Shown piece after piece: positions 26,830 to 34,664 of a stretch of 38,065 nucleotides of DNA. Source of the stretch: a virus. Lineage: Duplodnaviria > Caudoviricetes. The DNA lies in IMG/VR virus record IMGVR_UViG_3300042567_000178, positions 1 through 38,065 of that record, one strand, 5' to 3'. Position 1 is the first letter of the stretch, and each line of letters opens with the position of its first letter. The notes beneath the pieces were generated by a model. It was not told the DNA's origin. It was given only the letters and a program-made list of their open reading frames with translations, and searched no databases. The position numbers and the translations under genes are program-made.

Positions 26830-27245
26830 ACAACAAGCGGTACAACGCAAGCGTCGGCTAAATTCGGACGCCCTAGACCTGGATCTCGGATCGCAGGGAT
26901 GGAAACCTCTTGCCGCTAAGAGTACTCAATCACTATCCTTAACAGGACGAAGATGGGATATGCCTTCATAAACCCGTTTGATTGTTTGAAAATATTAAAA
27001 AAGGCTAAAAGATAGGGCAATGAGATAAAGCAACCCTAGGGTTATTGTACGTGACAATAGATGTATAATAACTACCGTCATAAAGAAGACGTAGCTCGAG
27101 GTACCGGATGACCGCCTCTGTAATGCTATATTATTGTAATGGTGAGGCAACTCGCATAATGTTTCTTCTCCCGGCAACGGGAGAAGTATGGATCCACAAT
27201 CTGCATAATATTTAAACTGCTTCGCAGTTAATAATTAAATACTTT
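26830..27245 (+). ncRNA. Putative large structured non-coding RNA (family not recognised)
   Basis: Longest ORF-free gap in the window. More than 10 hairpins or stems, GCAA tetraloops, G-U-containing helices and two candidate pseudoknots (details in findings). Boundaries are approximate. Confidence 0.6.
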
Positions 27246-27259
27246 TAGAAAAGAAAGAA

Positions 27260-27315
27260 ATGTGTTTAAGTGAAGCGTAAGCTGAACGCAAACACATGTG
27301 AGCGTAAGCTCACAT
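27260..27315. repeat. Two tandem hairpins, each with an AGC-GTAA-GCT core
   Basis: ATGTGTTT(27260-67)/AAACACAT(27290-97) encloses AGCGTAAGCT (27274-83). ATGTGAGC-GTAA-GCTCACAT (27296-27315) is a perfect 8-bp hairpin. Confidence 0.75.
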
Positions 27316-27321
27316 CAAAAC

Positions 27322-27329
27322 AATAAATA
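27322..27329 (+). promoter_or_regulatory. gp55-type late promoter (AATAAATA)
   Basis: TAAATA box 4 nt upstream of the ATG at 27334. Resembles the T4 late promoter TATAAATA. Confidence 0.6.
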
Positions 27330-27333
27330 CCAT

Positions 27334-28284
27334 ATGAAAGTTCATGACATTATATCAGAAGCGCCAGGATTAGGTACTGCGATTAAAGCAGGAGTCAATG
27401 CCTTCAAGGCGGCTAGAACAAGTGCCCCAGCAGTAGCACAGACTGTGGCAAAGAAAGCAACATCTACCAGCATCAAATCATTAGATGATATCATAAAGAT
27501 GACTCCTGAAAAATTAGCTAAGGTGCCTAAAGACGCATTAGAGCCATGGGGTAAAGCTGCCGCTGATGCAAAAAATTATAAGGCAATGGATAAGATTGCC
27601 AATGTTTTAGGCAAAGACACAAGAACAGTATATCAAAAGATTGCTCCAAATCTTATTGGTGGGAAATCCATAGCCCCAGAAGTATTGGCAGCTCAAGCTC
27701 TTAAAAGTTCATCACTGGCTGGAAAATCAGCAGACGTAGTAAAATTGGCAGCTACTCTAGAACTAACTCAAGAAACTGTAAAGTACTGGAGTCGTTCTAG
27801 CGACTTAGATAAAAAATTAGCGGCTGGTGAAATAACTCAAGAAGAATATAATAAACAACTACAACAATTACGTGGTCAATTTATTGTTGGAGTAGTTGCT
27901 CCATGGGCAACAATGGCAATATTGAAGTATCCAGCAAAACTATTAAAAATTGTTCCTGGTGCAATGAAACTAGTGGGATTTCCAAATGCCGCTGAAGTAA
28001 TTTCAATCCTAGCCAAACGTGGCGCTCAAGTTGCGTTACTTGCATGGTTTGGAAGTGATGCTGGTAAAAAATGGCTAACTGATCTTGTTGGTGAAAGTTT
28101 TATTGGAGCACTGGGCGACATTCCAGCAATGGCTGGCCAAGTATATGATGTACTTCAAGCTGGCGCACAAGTTGCAACAGGCAATACTCCAGCGGGATTT
28201 ACGCCAAGCAGTGACGAAGTTGGTGGCGGGTCAGGAAAATACATAGACCCATTTAAGGGTACTAGTAGAGAAGGCGGATTATAA
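27334..28284 (+). CDS. Hypothetical late protein (316 aa), possible internal head/ejected protein
   Basis: ATG directly after a TAAATA box. N-terminus MKVHDIISE. Ala/Lys-rich, with hydrophobic segments in the C-terminal half. Confidence 0.7.
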   Translation: MKVHDIISEAPGLGTAIKAGVNAFKAARTSAPAVAQTVAKKATSTSIKSLDDIIKMTPEKLAKVPKDALEPWGKAAADAKNYKAMDKIANVLGKDTRTVYQKIAPNLIGGKSIAPEVLAAQALKSSSLAGKSADVVKLAATLELTQETVKYWSRSSDLDKKLAAGEITQEEYNKQLQQLRGQFIVGVVAPWATMAILKYPAKLLKIVPGAMKLVGFPNAAEVISILAKRGAQVALLAWFGSDAGKKWLTDLVGESFIGALGDIPAMAGQVYDVLQAGAQVATGNTPAGFTPSSDEVGGGSGKYIDPFKGTSREGGL

Positions 28285-28305
28285 TAAAGGCAATCCGCTT
28301 TTTTT
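28272..28305 (+). terminator. Intrinsic terminator at a convergent gene junction
   Basis: GCGGATT (28274-80) pairs with AATCCGC (28292-98), followed by T7 (28299-28305). Overlaps the stops of both converging ORFs. Confidence 0.6.
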
Positions 28306-28512
28306 AGTTAACTCAATATTGTCTTTAATAACTTCATTCATTACAAGTCTATCGTCCCTAGTGTAAGTATGGAACAGATCTTGACTACTAACTCCCCCAC
28401 GCATGTACCAGCTGATACGAAAGATTTCATCTTTCAAGTCTCTGATATAAAGGTCAAAACTTTTTAAGTATGCCTCTAGTTCAGAGTCTGGGGTATAAAT
28501 CAGCCTCTGGCG
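28279..28512 (-). CDS. Unannotated 77-codon -1 frame extension of the gp26-like chaperone (gp51/gpT-like)
   Basis: Manual translation: RQRLIYTPDSELEAYLKSFDLYIRDLKDEIFRISWYMRGGVSSQDLFHTYTRDDRLVMNEVIKDNIELTKKSGLPLL*. It fills the gap exactly and begins at a slippery site. The first ATG is at 28404, giving only 41 aa. Confidence 0.7.
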   Translation of the reverse strand, partial: RQRLIYTPDSELEAYLKSFDLYIRDLKDEIFRISWYMRGGVSSQDLFHTYTRDDRLVMNEVIKDNIELTKKSGLPLL

Positions 28513-29339
28513 AAAAAATTTGATTGATCCAAAGTGACTTCAACTTTAGATTCATGTCCGCAATTACTGCATTTTATATCTTGCTTGGGCATGTCCCACT
28601 GTGATTTGTTAGCTTCAAGTTTTTCTTTGATACGTTTAAAAAATTCCCTGTCGCTGTTTTTCAACCACTCATCAATCATTTCAGGATCATCAACAGTTTC
28701 ATTGCCAATTTGAACATTTTCAATGCTGGTTAAAAACAATTCTATTTGCATTTCAGCAATGCGTTTGTAAATGTCGTCTTGTACTTGCTTCATTTGTTCA
28801 TCGTCGCCAGCAGTTTCAGCTGTGCTTAACTGATATAACATTTTTTGAAGTTTGTAATTTTCCATATTAAACTTTGTAATCTCACTATACTTCAAAGGTC
28901 TAATATTAATTGTAAGATCATCTATTTTAATCTTGCCGTCAAAGTTTACACTGCCAAAATATTCAATAACTTTGCCAAGATTAACAATGAATTCATTTTC
29001 AGTACTGCATTGTGGACAAGTGTGTGTTAGTTCCATTTCGTCGCCGTAAGTGGCAACACGTATGGCAACCAACAATGCATCAACATCAATGCTGGGCATA
29101 TCCCTGGCGTCTTTGATATATGGACAGCAACTTTCAACAACTTTAACTGTGGCTTCTCCGTTAAACAACGCATCTGGAGTTTTAAAAATAATTTCATCCA
29201 TGCCAGTCATGCCAAAAATAGGTGCATTGTTGTGGTCACCTTGTAATGCTCCTTCGGGATAGAACAATCCCTTGCTAGGCAGCGATATAAAGACTTTTGG
29301 CTGTCTAAAATATCTCTGTAAAGGGTTATTTGGGTTCAT
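28500..29339 (-). CDS. gp26: Baseplate hub assembly/tail assembly chaperone, gp26-like
   Basis: 'NPLQRYFRQPKVFISLPSKGLFY', 'DVDALLVAIRVATYG', CPQC and CSNC zinc motifs and a C-terminal 'NFF'. GGAG Shine-Dalgarno and a TATAAATA promoter upstream. Confidence 0.8.
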   Translation of the reverse strand: MNPNNPLQRYFRQPKVFISLPSKGLFYPEGALQGDHNNAPIFGMTGMDEIIFKTPDALFNGEATVKVVESCCPYIKDARDMPSIDVDALLVAIRVATYGDEMELTHTCPQCSTENEFIVNLGKVIEYFGSVNFDGKIKIDDLTINIRPLKYSEITKFNMENYKLQKMLYQLSTAETAGDDEQMKQVQDDIYKRIAEMQIELFLTSIENVQIGNETVDDPEMIDEWLKNSDREFFKRIKEKLEANKSQWDMPKQDIKCSNCGHESKVEVTLDQSNFFARG

Positions 29340-29349
29340 TTTGTACTCC

Positions 29350-29375
29350 GATAAATATAACTACAAGTATTTATA
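29350..29375. promoter_or_regulatory. Face-to-face late promoters: GATAAATA (+, 29350-57) and TATAAATA (-, 29368-75)
   Basis: Both boxes lie in the 60-nt gap between the divergent gp26-like and tape-measure-like genes. The minus-strand box is a perfect T4 late consensus. Confidence 0.75.
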
Positions 29376-29399
29376 TACGCAGTTTTCTGGAAAAAAATA

Positions 29400-32036
29400 A
29401 TGGCATTAGATAAAGAAGATCTTAATAAACTAACGGACGCAATCAAAGCTGGACAAACTGGTAATTCTGGTGGATCTAGTGGAATATTGGGTGGCGGTGC
29501 TGACAAAGCCATTGCTGGTATAACTGCTCCTATGACAGCACTAGGTGAAGCAGTTGGTAACAACACTAAAGTTTTTGAAACATTAAGCAACACTGGCACT
29601 AATTTCAGTAATAATATAGATTTAATGAAGTTGTCAGCGGCCAACAGTCGCATGACGTTGGATGAACTGTCTAGCGTAGTACAAAAAAGCGGCAAGGACT
29701 TTTCTGGCTTAGGTGGCAGTGTTGCCAAAGGTGGTCAGGCATTTACAGAGTTTAGTAAAACATTCTTTGACAGTGGACTTACAGATAATCTGCGTCAAAT
29801 GGGTTACACCAGTAAGGACCTTAATGAAGTGCTGGCCACACAAATTGGATTTCAAAAATCCACAACAGATACTAGTGTAGCTGGACAAATTAAAACAGCG
29901 GCGGCGGCAGCTGATCTTGCTAACGAAATGGATCTTATTGCCAAACAAACAGGCAAGACACGTAAAGAACAAGAAGCTGGATTAGAAAAAGCCAAAGCTG
30001 ATGGACAAATTGAAGCTAAGATGCGTCTTATTGGACTTACTCAAGGAGCAGACGCAGAGAAAGAAGCTAGAGCAGGATTTGCAAAACAATTAGCACAAGC
30101 ACAGGCAATGGGCACTGATCAAATATTTAAAGAAATGTTTGCCACAGGAACTGTGCGTAGTCAAGAAGCCGCAATGCAAATGGGCTTGTTGGGTCAAGCA
30201 GCCAGAGAAACAGCAAACAGCGCAAAGGCATTGAGCACAGGTAATATTGCCGCTAGTCAGACTGCAATGGAATCTGCTAAAGAAGGTAACTTAGCAAATC
30301 AAAGTAACAAGGCATTATTACAAGTAACAGCAGCCGGTGTTGGACCAGCGGCTGATATTATGAAAAAGAATATTGAAACCAACGATGCACTGTTTCAAGG
30401 AGCTGCCAAAACTGCCAAAGCCATGGGCATTGAAATGGGCGAGGTAACAAAAGTATTAGGAGCTCAAAAGAAAGCAATTCAAGACGAACAACAAGCACGT
30501 AACGGTGCAACAAGTGCAATGATTGCTGTACAAAGTAGATTAGCTGATGCAAATGCCGCGGCAAATAATTTAGTACGTAGACCATTAATGACTGGTGAAG
30601 CAAACACACAGTTACAAGGTGTTGCAAATAGATTTTCGCAAGGTGTCAAGCCAGGTGAGTCTGCAACAACAACTGCTGAAGGATATGCTGAAGCACTTAA
30701 GAGATCAGCAGCCGCAGGCGGGGAAAGCAAAGCACCCACTAGCAGTAGAACAAAATATGAAGCAATGGGCACTGATGCTGGCATTGGTCGAGTTGTAACA
30801 GGTGCTGATAAACTTGCCGCTGGCGGCATTCAAGGCGCAGGAAAAGTGGCTGACAGAGTTGGAAATTTTGTTGCTGACGTTATGAACGTTAAAGAGATGA
30901 ATGCAAATCTCAAAACTAGAGATGAAGGTACACTGGGTAAGACTGGACAAGTGTTTGAACCACAAGACTTTATTGGTAAAGTGGCTAAAGGTGAAATGGT
31001 GCTTACACCTGAGCAAGCTAAAAAGTTTATGGAAGGTGCAAAGACAGAGGGCATTGCGGATGCTGTGAAAAATCTTGGTGGCATGATGCCAGGAGGTGCC
31101 AAAGGCGGTGACGGTGCCGGATTTAGTCTAAGCAGTCTATCTAAAGAAATATCCACTTCTGTCAGTAGCGTAACAAGTGGATCCACTACAACTAGAAGTG
31201 TACAAAATGACGAAAGCAAAGCCGCATCTAAAGAATTAGCCAATGTCAAAGAGCAATATGCCGCTGAAAGACAAGCACTACTAGAAAAAACCAAAGCACA
31301 ATTAGGTCCAGATGCCGGGCCAAGACAAGTACGTAATGCCATGCGTGATAGTGACGAAGGCAAAGCCATTGAAGAAAAATATAAAGCACTTAAAGAACCG
31401 TTGTACAAACAGATTGAAGAAGGTATTAGATGGGAAACTGAAACAAAAGCAGAGCAAGTAGAAGAAACTAAAAAATTTGTAAAAGAACAAGCAGATATTC
31501 TAAAAGTATCCAACAATGAAATGTTGGCAGTTCAAGAAACGGCTAGTATTGAAAAAGTTAATTTAGAAAAAGAAGTTACAGAAAAATTAGCAAGTATTAG
31601 TACTGGTGTTACTGATAAATTGGCATCACCTACAGCATCAGCCGTACCAAAATTTGACAAGTCAAAATTCACAATGCCAACAATGGATCAGCTAACAATT
31701 GGTCCAGACGGAATGCCAAAAATTTCGGCAAAACCGCAAGCACAAACTATTCCAGCGGCAGTTAAAGCCGCAGAAAAACAAGCAAGTCCTGGTAAAAATA
31801 TCAATCCAGAAACTGGAGAAGAGTATTCTCCAACAGCTGAACCCAAACCAGCAGACAAGAAAACTGCTGGAGTTGAAACTAAAACTGCTACTCTAGACGA
31901 CGTGGCGAAATTATTATCTAGCTTAAATACTACTATGAAACAAGTTGCCACCGCGGCTAGCGAAACAAACAATAAACTCAGTCAGCAAGTCAAAGCGACT
32001 AAAGCTATGAGCGGCAACGTACACGGAGCCACATAA
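29400..32036 (+). CDS. Probable tail tape-measure/hub protein (gp29-like), 878 aa
   Basis: Long Ala/Gly/Gln/Lys-rich helical protein adjacent to the frameshifting chaperone. Contains 'GEMVLTPEQ', seen in tape-measure C-terminal regions. Almost no Cys/Trp/His. Confidence 0.65.
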   Translation: MALDKEDLNKLTDAIKAGQTGNSGGSSGILGGGADKAIAGITAPMTALGEAVGNNTKVFETLSNTGTNFSNNIDLMKLSAANSRMTLDELSSVVQKSGKDFSGLGGSVAKGGQAFTEFSKTFFDSGLTDNLRQMGYTSKDLNEVLATQIGFQKSTTDTSVAGQIKTAAAAADLANEMDLIAKQTGKTRKEQEAGLEKAKADGQIEAKMRLIGLTQGADAEKEARAGFAKQLAQAQAMGTDQIFKEMFATGTVRSQEAAMQMGLLGQAARETANSAKALSTGNIAASQTAMESAKEGNLANQSNKALLQVTAAGVGPAADIMKKNIETNDALFQGAAKTAKAMGIEMGEVTKVLGAQKKAIQDEQQARNGATSAMIAVQSRLADANAAANNLVRRPLMTGEANTQLQGVANRFSQGVKPGESATTTAEGYAEALKRSAAAGGESKAPTSSRTKYEAMGTDAGIGRVVTGADKLAAGGIQGAGKVADRVGNFVADVMNVKEMNANLKTRDEGTLGKTGQVFEPQDFIGKVAKGEMVLTPEQAKKFMEGAKTEGIADAVKNLGGMMPGGAKGGDGAGFSLSSLSKEISTSVSSVTSGSTTTRSVQNDESKAASKELANVKEQYAAERQALLEKTKAQLGPDAGPRQVRNAMRDSDEGKAIEEKYKALKEPLYKQIEEGIRWETETKAEQVEETKKFVKEQADILKVSNNEMLAVQETASIEKVNLEKEVTEKLASISTGVTDKLASPTASAVPKFDKSKFTMPTMDQLTIGPDGMPKISAKPQAQTIPAAVKAAEKQASPGKNINPETGEEYSPTAEPKPADKKTAGVETKTATLDDVAKLLSSLNTTMKQVATAASETNNKLSQQVKATKAMSGNVHGAT

Positions 32037-33757
32037 TGTCTTGGAAAAAGTATTTCACGCCCGTGGCAGTTAATACTGCATCAAGCAATGTAAGCCCGTT
32101 ATCCAATTCTTCAAGGGCAGGTCCAGCACGGACCAATTACAGCAGTTACTTGCCTGATGTTTACACTGGTAGCCCAAATCGTGTTGAACGCTATATGCAG
32201 TACGACACAATGGACATGGATCCAGAAATTAATGCTGCCTTGGACATATTAGCAGAATTTTGCACACAAAAGAACAAAGAAAATCAAACTAGTTTTAGTT
32301 TGGCATTTAGAAGCAAAGCCACTAGCACAGAGATTCGTGTGCTTAGAGAATACCTACAGCAGTGGGCCAAGTTACAAATATTTGAAACTCGCTTTTTTAG
32401 AGTTGTTAGAAATACATTCAAGTACGGTGATGTTTTCTTTATTAGAGATCCAGAAACTCAAAAATGGTTCTATGTTGATCCATCTAAAGTTGTAAAAATT
32501 ATTGTTAACGAAAGTGAAGGCAAAAAGCCTGAGCAGTATGTTATTAGAGATCTAGCGCCAAATTTTCATAATTTGGTAATGACACAAATTCAACCAAACA
32601 GTCAGCAAACCAACAACAGAGGCAATAACTATGTTGCTGGTGGTGGCGCAAGAGGCATGACTGGTGCGTTCCCACAACAAACTGGTGATAGATTCAGTGT
32701 TGGCGAAAACGAACTGGCAGTGGACGCGGCGCACGTTATACATCTAAGTCTAAGTGAAGGACTTGACAACAACTATCCATTTGGTAATAGCTTGTTGGAG
32801 CAAGTGTTTAAAGTTTACAAACAAAAAGAACTATTAGAAGATGCTATTCTAATATATCGTATACAACGTGCTCCAGAACGTAGAATATTTTACATTGACG
32901 TGGGCAACATGCCAAGCCATTTGGCCATGAGTTTTGTTGAACGTGTTAAAAATGAGATACATCAAAGACGTATTCCTAGCCAAACAGGCGGTGGAGCAAA
33001 CGTAATTGATTCAGCTTATAATCCCCTAAGTATCAACGAAGATTATTTCTTCCCACAGACAGAAGGCGGTCGTGGATCAAAAGTTGAAACGCTACCAGGC
33101 GGTACAAACTTGGGTGAAATTGACGATTTAAAATACTTTACCAACAAGTTGTTCCGTGCGCTACGTATACCTAGTAGCTACTTGCCAACTGGTGCAGACG
33201 ATAGTCAAGCGCAATATAATGACGGTCGTGTGGGCACAGCATACATTCAAGAGTTGCGTTTTAACAATTATTGTATGCGTTTGCAAAGCCTATTACAAGG
33301 CACCTTTGACGAAGAATTCAAAAGATACTTGCACGAACGCGGTGTAAACATTGATTCTACACTGTTCGAAATCAAATTTCAACCACCACAAAACTTTGCC
33401 GCATACCGTCAAGCAGAGGTTGATGGGCAACGAATAAACACATTTAACACACTTCAAGCTATACCTTACATAAGCAAACGCTTTGCTATGAAACGTTTTC
33501 TTGGCATTACAGACGAAGAATTGGCGGAAAACGAACGCTTATGGCGTGAAGAAAAAGGCACAGCAACTATTACAGGTACTGATGCAAGTGGTGAATTGCG
33601 CAGTGTTGGTATTAGTGCCGCTGGCATTGATAGCGATTTGGAACTGGGCGACACAACAGCACCTGAAGATATTGCACCACCCGAAGGAGCTGTTCCTCCA
33701 GGGACTGATACAGGTGTGGGCGTTACACCAGCGGCTGGCGCTGTGCCAGCGGCTTGA
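32036..33757 (+). CDS. gp20: Portal vertex protein
   Basis: 'LLEDAILIYRIQRAPERRIFYIDVGNMP', 'EDYFFP..EGGRGSKVETLPGGTNLGEIDDLKYF..KLFRALRIPSS' are classic T4 gp20 motifs. Confidence 0.97.
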   Translation: MSWKKYFTPVAVNTASSNVSPLSNSSRAGPARTNYSSYLPDVYTGSPNRVERYMQYDTMDMDPEINAALDILAEFCTQKNKENQTSFSLAFRSKATSTEIRVLREYLQQWAKLQIFETRFFRVVRNTFKYGDVFFIRDPETQKWFYVDPSKVVKIIVNESEGKKPEQYVIRDLAPNFHNLVMTQIQPNSQQTNNRGNNYVAGGGARGMTGAFPQQTGDRFSVGENELAVDAAHVIHLSLSEGLDNNYPFGNSLLEQVFKVYKQKELLEDAILIYRIQRAPERRIFYIDVGNMPSHLAMSFVERVKNEIHQRRIPSQTGGGANVIDSAYNPLSINEDYFFPQTEGGRGSKVETLPGGTNLGEIDDLKYFTNKLFRALRIPSSYLPTGADDSQAQYNDGRVGTAYIQELRFNNYCMRLQSLLQGTFDEEFKRYLHERGVNIDSTLFEIKFQPPQNFAAYRQAEVDGQRINTFNTLQAIPYISKRFAMKRFLGITDEELAENERLWREEKGTATITGTDASGELRSVGISAAGIDSDLELGDTTAPEDIAPPEGAVPPGTDTGVGVTPAAGAVPAA

Positions 33758-33763
33758 TAAATA
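33756..33763 (+). promoter_or_regulatory. Late promoter (GATAAATA)
   Basis: TAAATA box overlapping the portal stop, 5 nt before the ATG at 33769. Confidence 0.6.
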
Positions 33764-33768
33764 AACTT

Positions 33769-34011
33769 ATGATACTGAGAGAATTATTTTATTTGGATCC
33801 TGAAACGCAACGAGTCAGCAACGACTTTCGTTTCAATTCAGCACGAGACATAGAAGAATTACAGCGTAGTGACACACGTAAAACTAGATTGACATTGGGT
33901 CAAGTCAACGAATTACGCAAAGCATCTGAAGCACATATCTTAGAACAAGAAGAAGAATTGGAGTTTGTACACGAAATGTACGGAGCAACTCCAGAGCCAG
34001 CAGCCGCCTAA
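33769..34011 (+). CDS. Hypothetical head-module protein (80 aa)
   Basis: ORF after the portal gene, containing 'DTRKTRLTLGQVNELRK..E......E...V..MYG'. ATG at 33769 chosen because it follows the TAAATA box. Confidence 0.75.
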   Translation: MILRELFYLDPETQRVSNDFRFNSARDIEELQRSDTRKTRLTLGQVNELRKASEAHILEQEEELEFVHEMYGATPEPAAA

Positions 34012-34044
34012 CTCACTAAAAGATAATTACTTTTAGGAGAGTTT

Positions 34045-34629
34045 ATGCGCAGTTTTGTGTTTGGCAATGGCAAGAGCCGCCTCAATATAACATTTGATCA
34101 AGTAAAACCATACGGTAAAATCTACGCCTGTAATGCAGTTTATAGGGAGTACGCACCTGACTACCTAATAGCAGTGGACCCAAAAATGATAGTAGAAATT
34201 GCAGGATCTAACTATCAAATGGAGCATGAAGTATGGACAAACTCCAATAGTAGATATAAAGATTTTACTGGATTTAAGTTTTTTAATCCCAGTTTAGGAT
34301 GGAGTTCTGGACCCACAGCACTGAATCTTGCCACACAACATCAAGCTGATGAGATTTACATATTTGGATTTGATTATGAAAGTCCCACTGGACTTTTAAA
34401 CAATGTGTATGCAAACACTCCCAACTACAAACGATCTGAAGAGCCAGCAACATTTTACGGTAACTGGACTAGGCAAACAGAGACAGTGATAAAAGAAAAT
34501 AAAAAAACTAAATACTTTCGAATAGTGGAAAATAAGTTTTATGATCCACAATGGCATTATCCAAACTTTAGACACTTGACGTATGACAATTTACGTGAAG
34601 TCATGTTGTCTTGGAGTAAAAATGCCTAG
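34045..34629 (+). CDS. Putative glycosyltransferase/Maf-MptE-like Rossmann-fold protein
   Basis: AGGAG Shine-Dalgarno. Motifs 'FVFGNGKSR', 'IYACNAVYRE..PDYLIAVD', 'WSSGPTALNLA' and 'IYIFGFD' match the pattern of GT29/GT42 sialyltransferase-like and Maf/DUF115 folds. Confidence 0.6.
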   Translation: MRSFVFGNGKSRLNITFDQVKPYGKIYACNAVYREYAPDYLIAVDPKMIVEIAGSNYQMEHEVWTNSNSRYKDFTGFKFFNPSLGWSSGPTALNLATQHQADEIYIFGFDYESPTGLLNNVYANTPNYKRSEEPATFYGNWTRQTETVIKENKKTKYFRIVENKFYDPQWHYPNFRHLTYDNLREVMLSWSKNA

Positions 34630-34664
34630 AATCATGCCATTATAACACATATTTCGTCATAATA

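Noticed and set aside
26995-27177. 60-aa minus-strand ORF inside the non-coding gap
   Set aside because: Short, non-ATG start inside a hairpin, no Shine-Dalgarno or recognisable motif. The region is better explained by + strand RNA structure.
26828-27333. Group I/II intron, tRNA, tmRNA, RNase P or CRISPR array as the identity of the gap
   Set aside because: The flanking genes are complete, not interrupted. I found no group I P7/S or group II domain V motif, no cloverleaf with a TTCGA T-loop and acceptor stem, no GAGGAAAGTCC, and no regularly spaced repeats. A covariance search could still overturn this.
29336-31972. Several antisense ORFs (up to 228 aa) opposite the tape-measure-like gene
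   Set aside because: Typical reverse-frame shadows of an Ala/Gly-rich gene with biased codon use.
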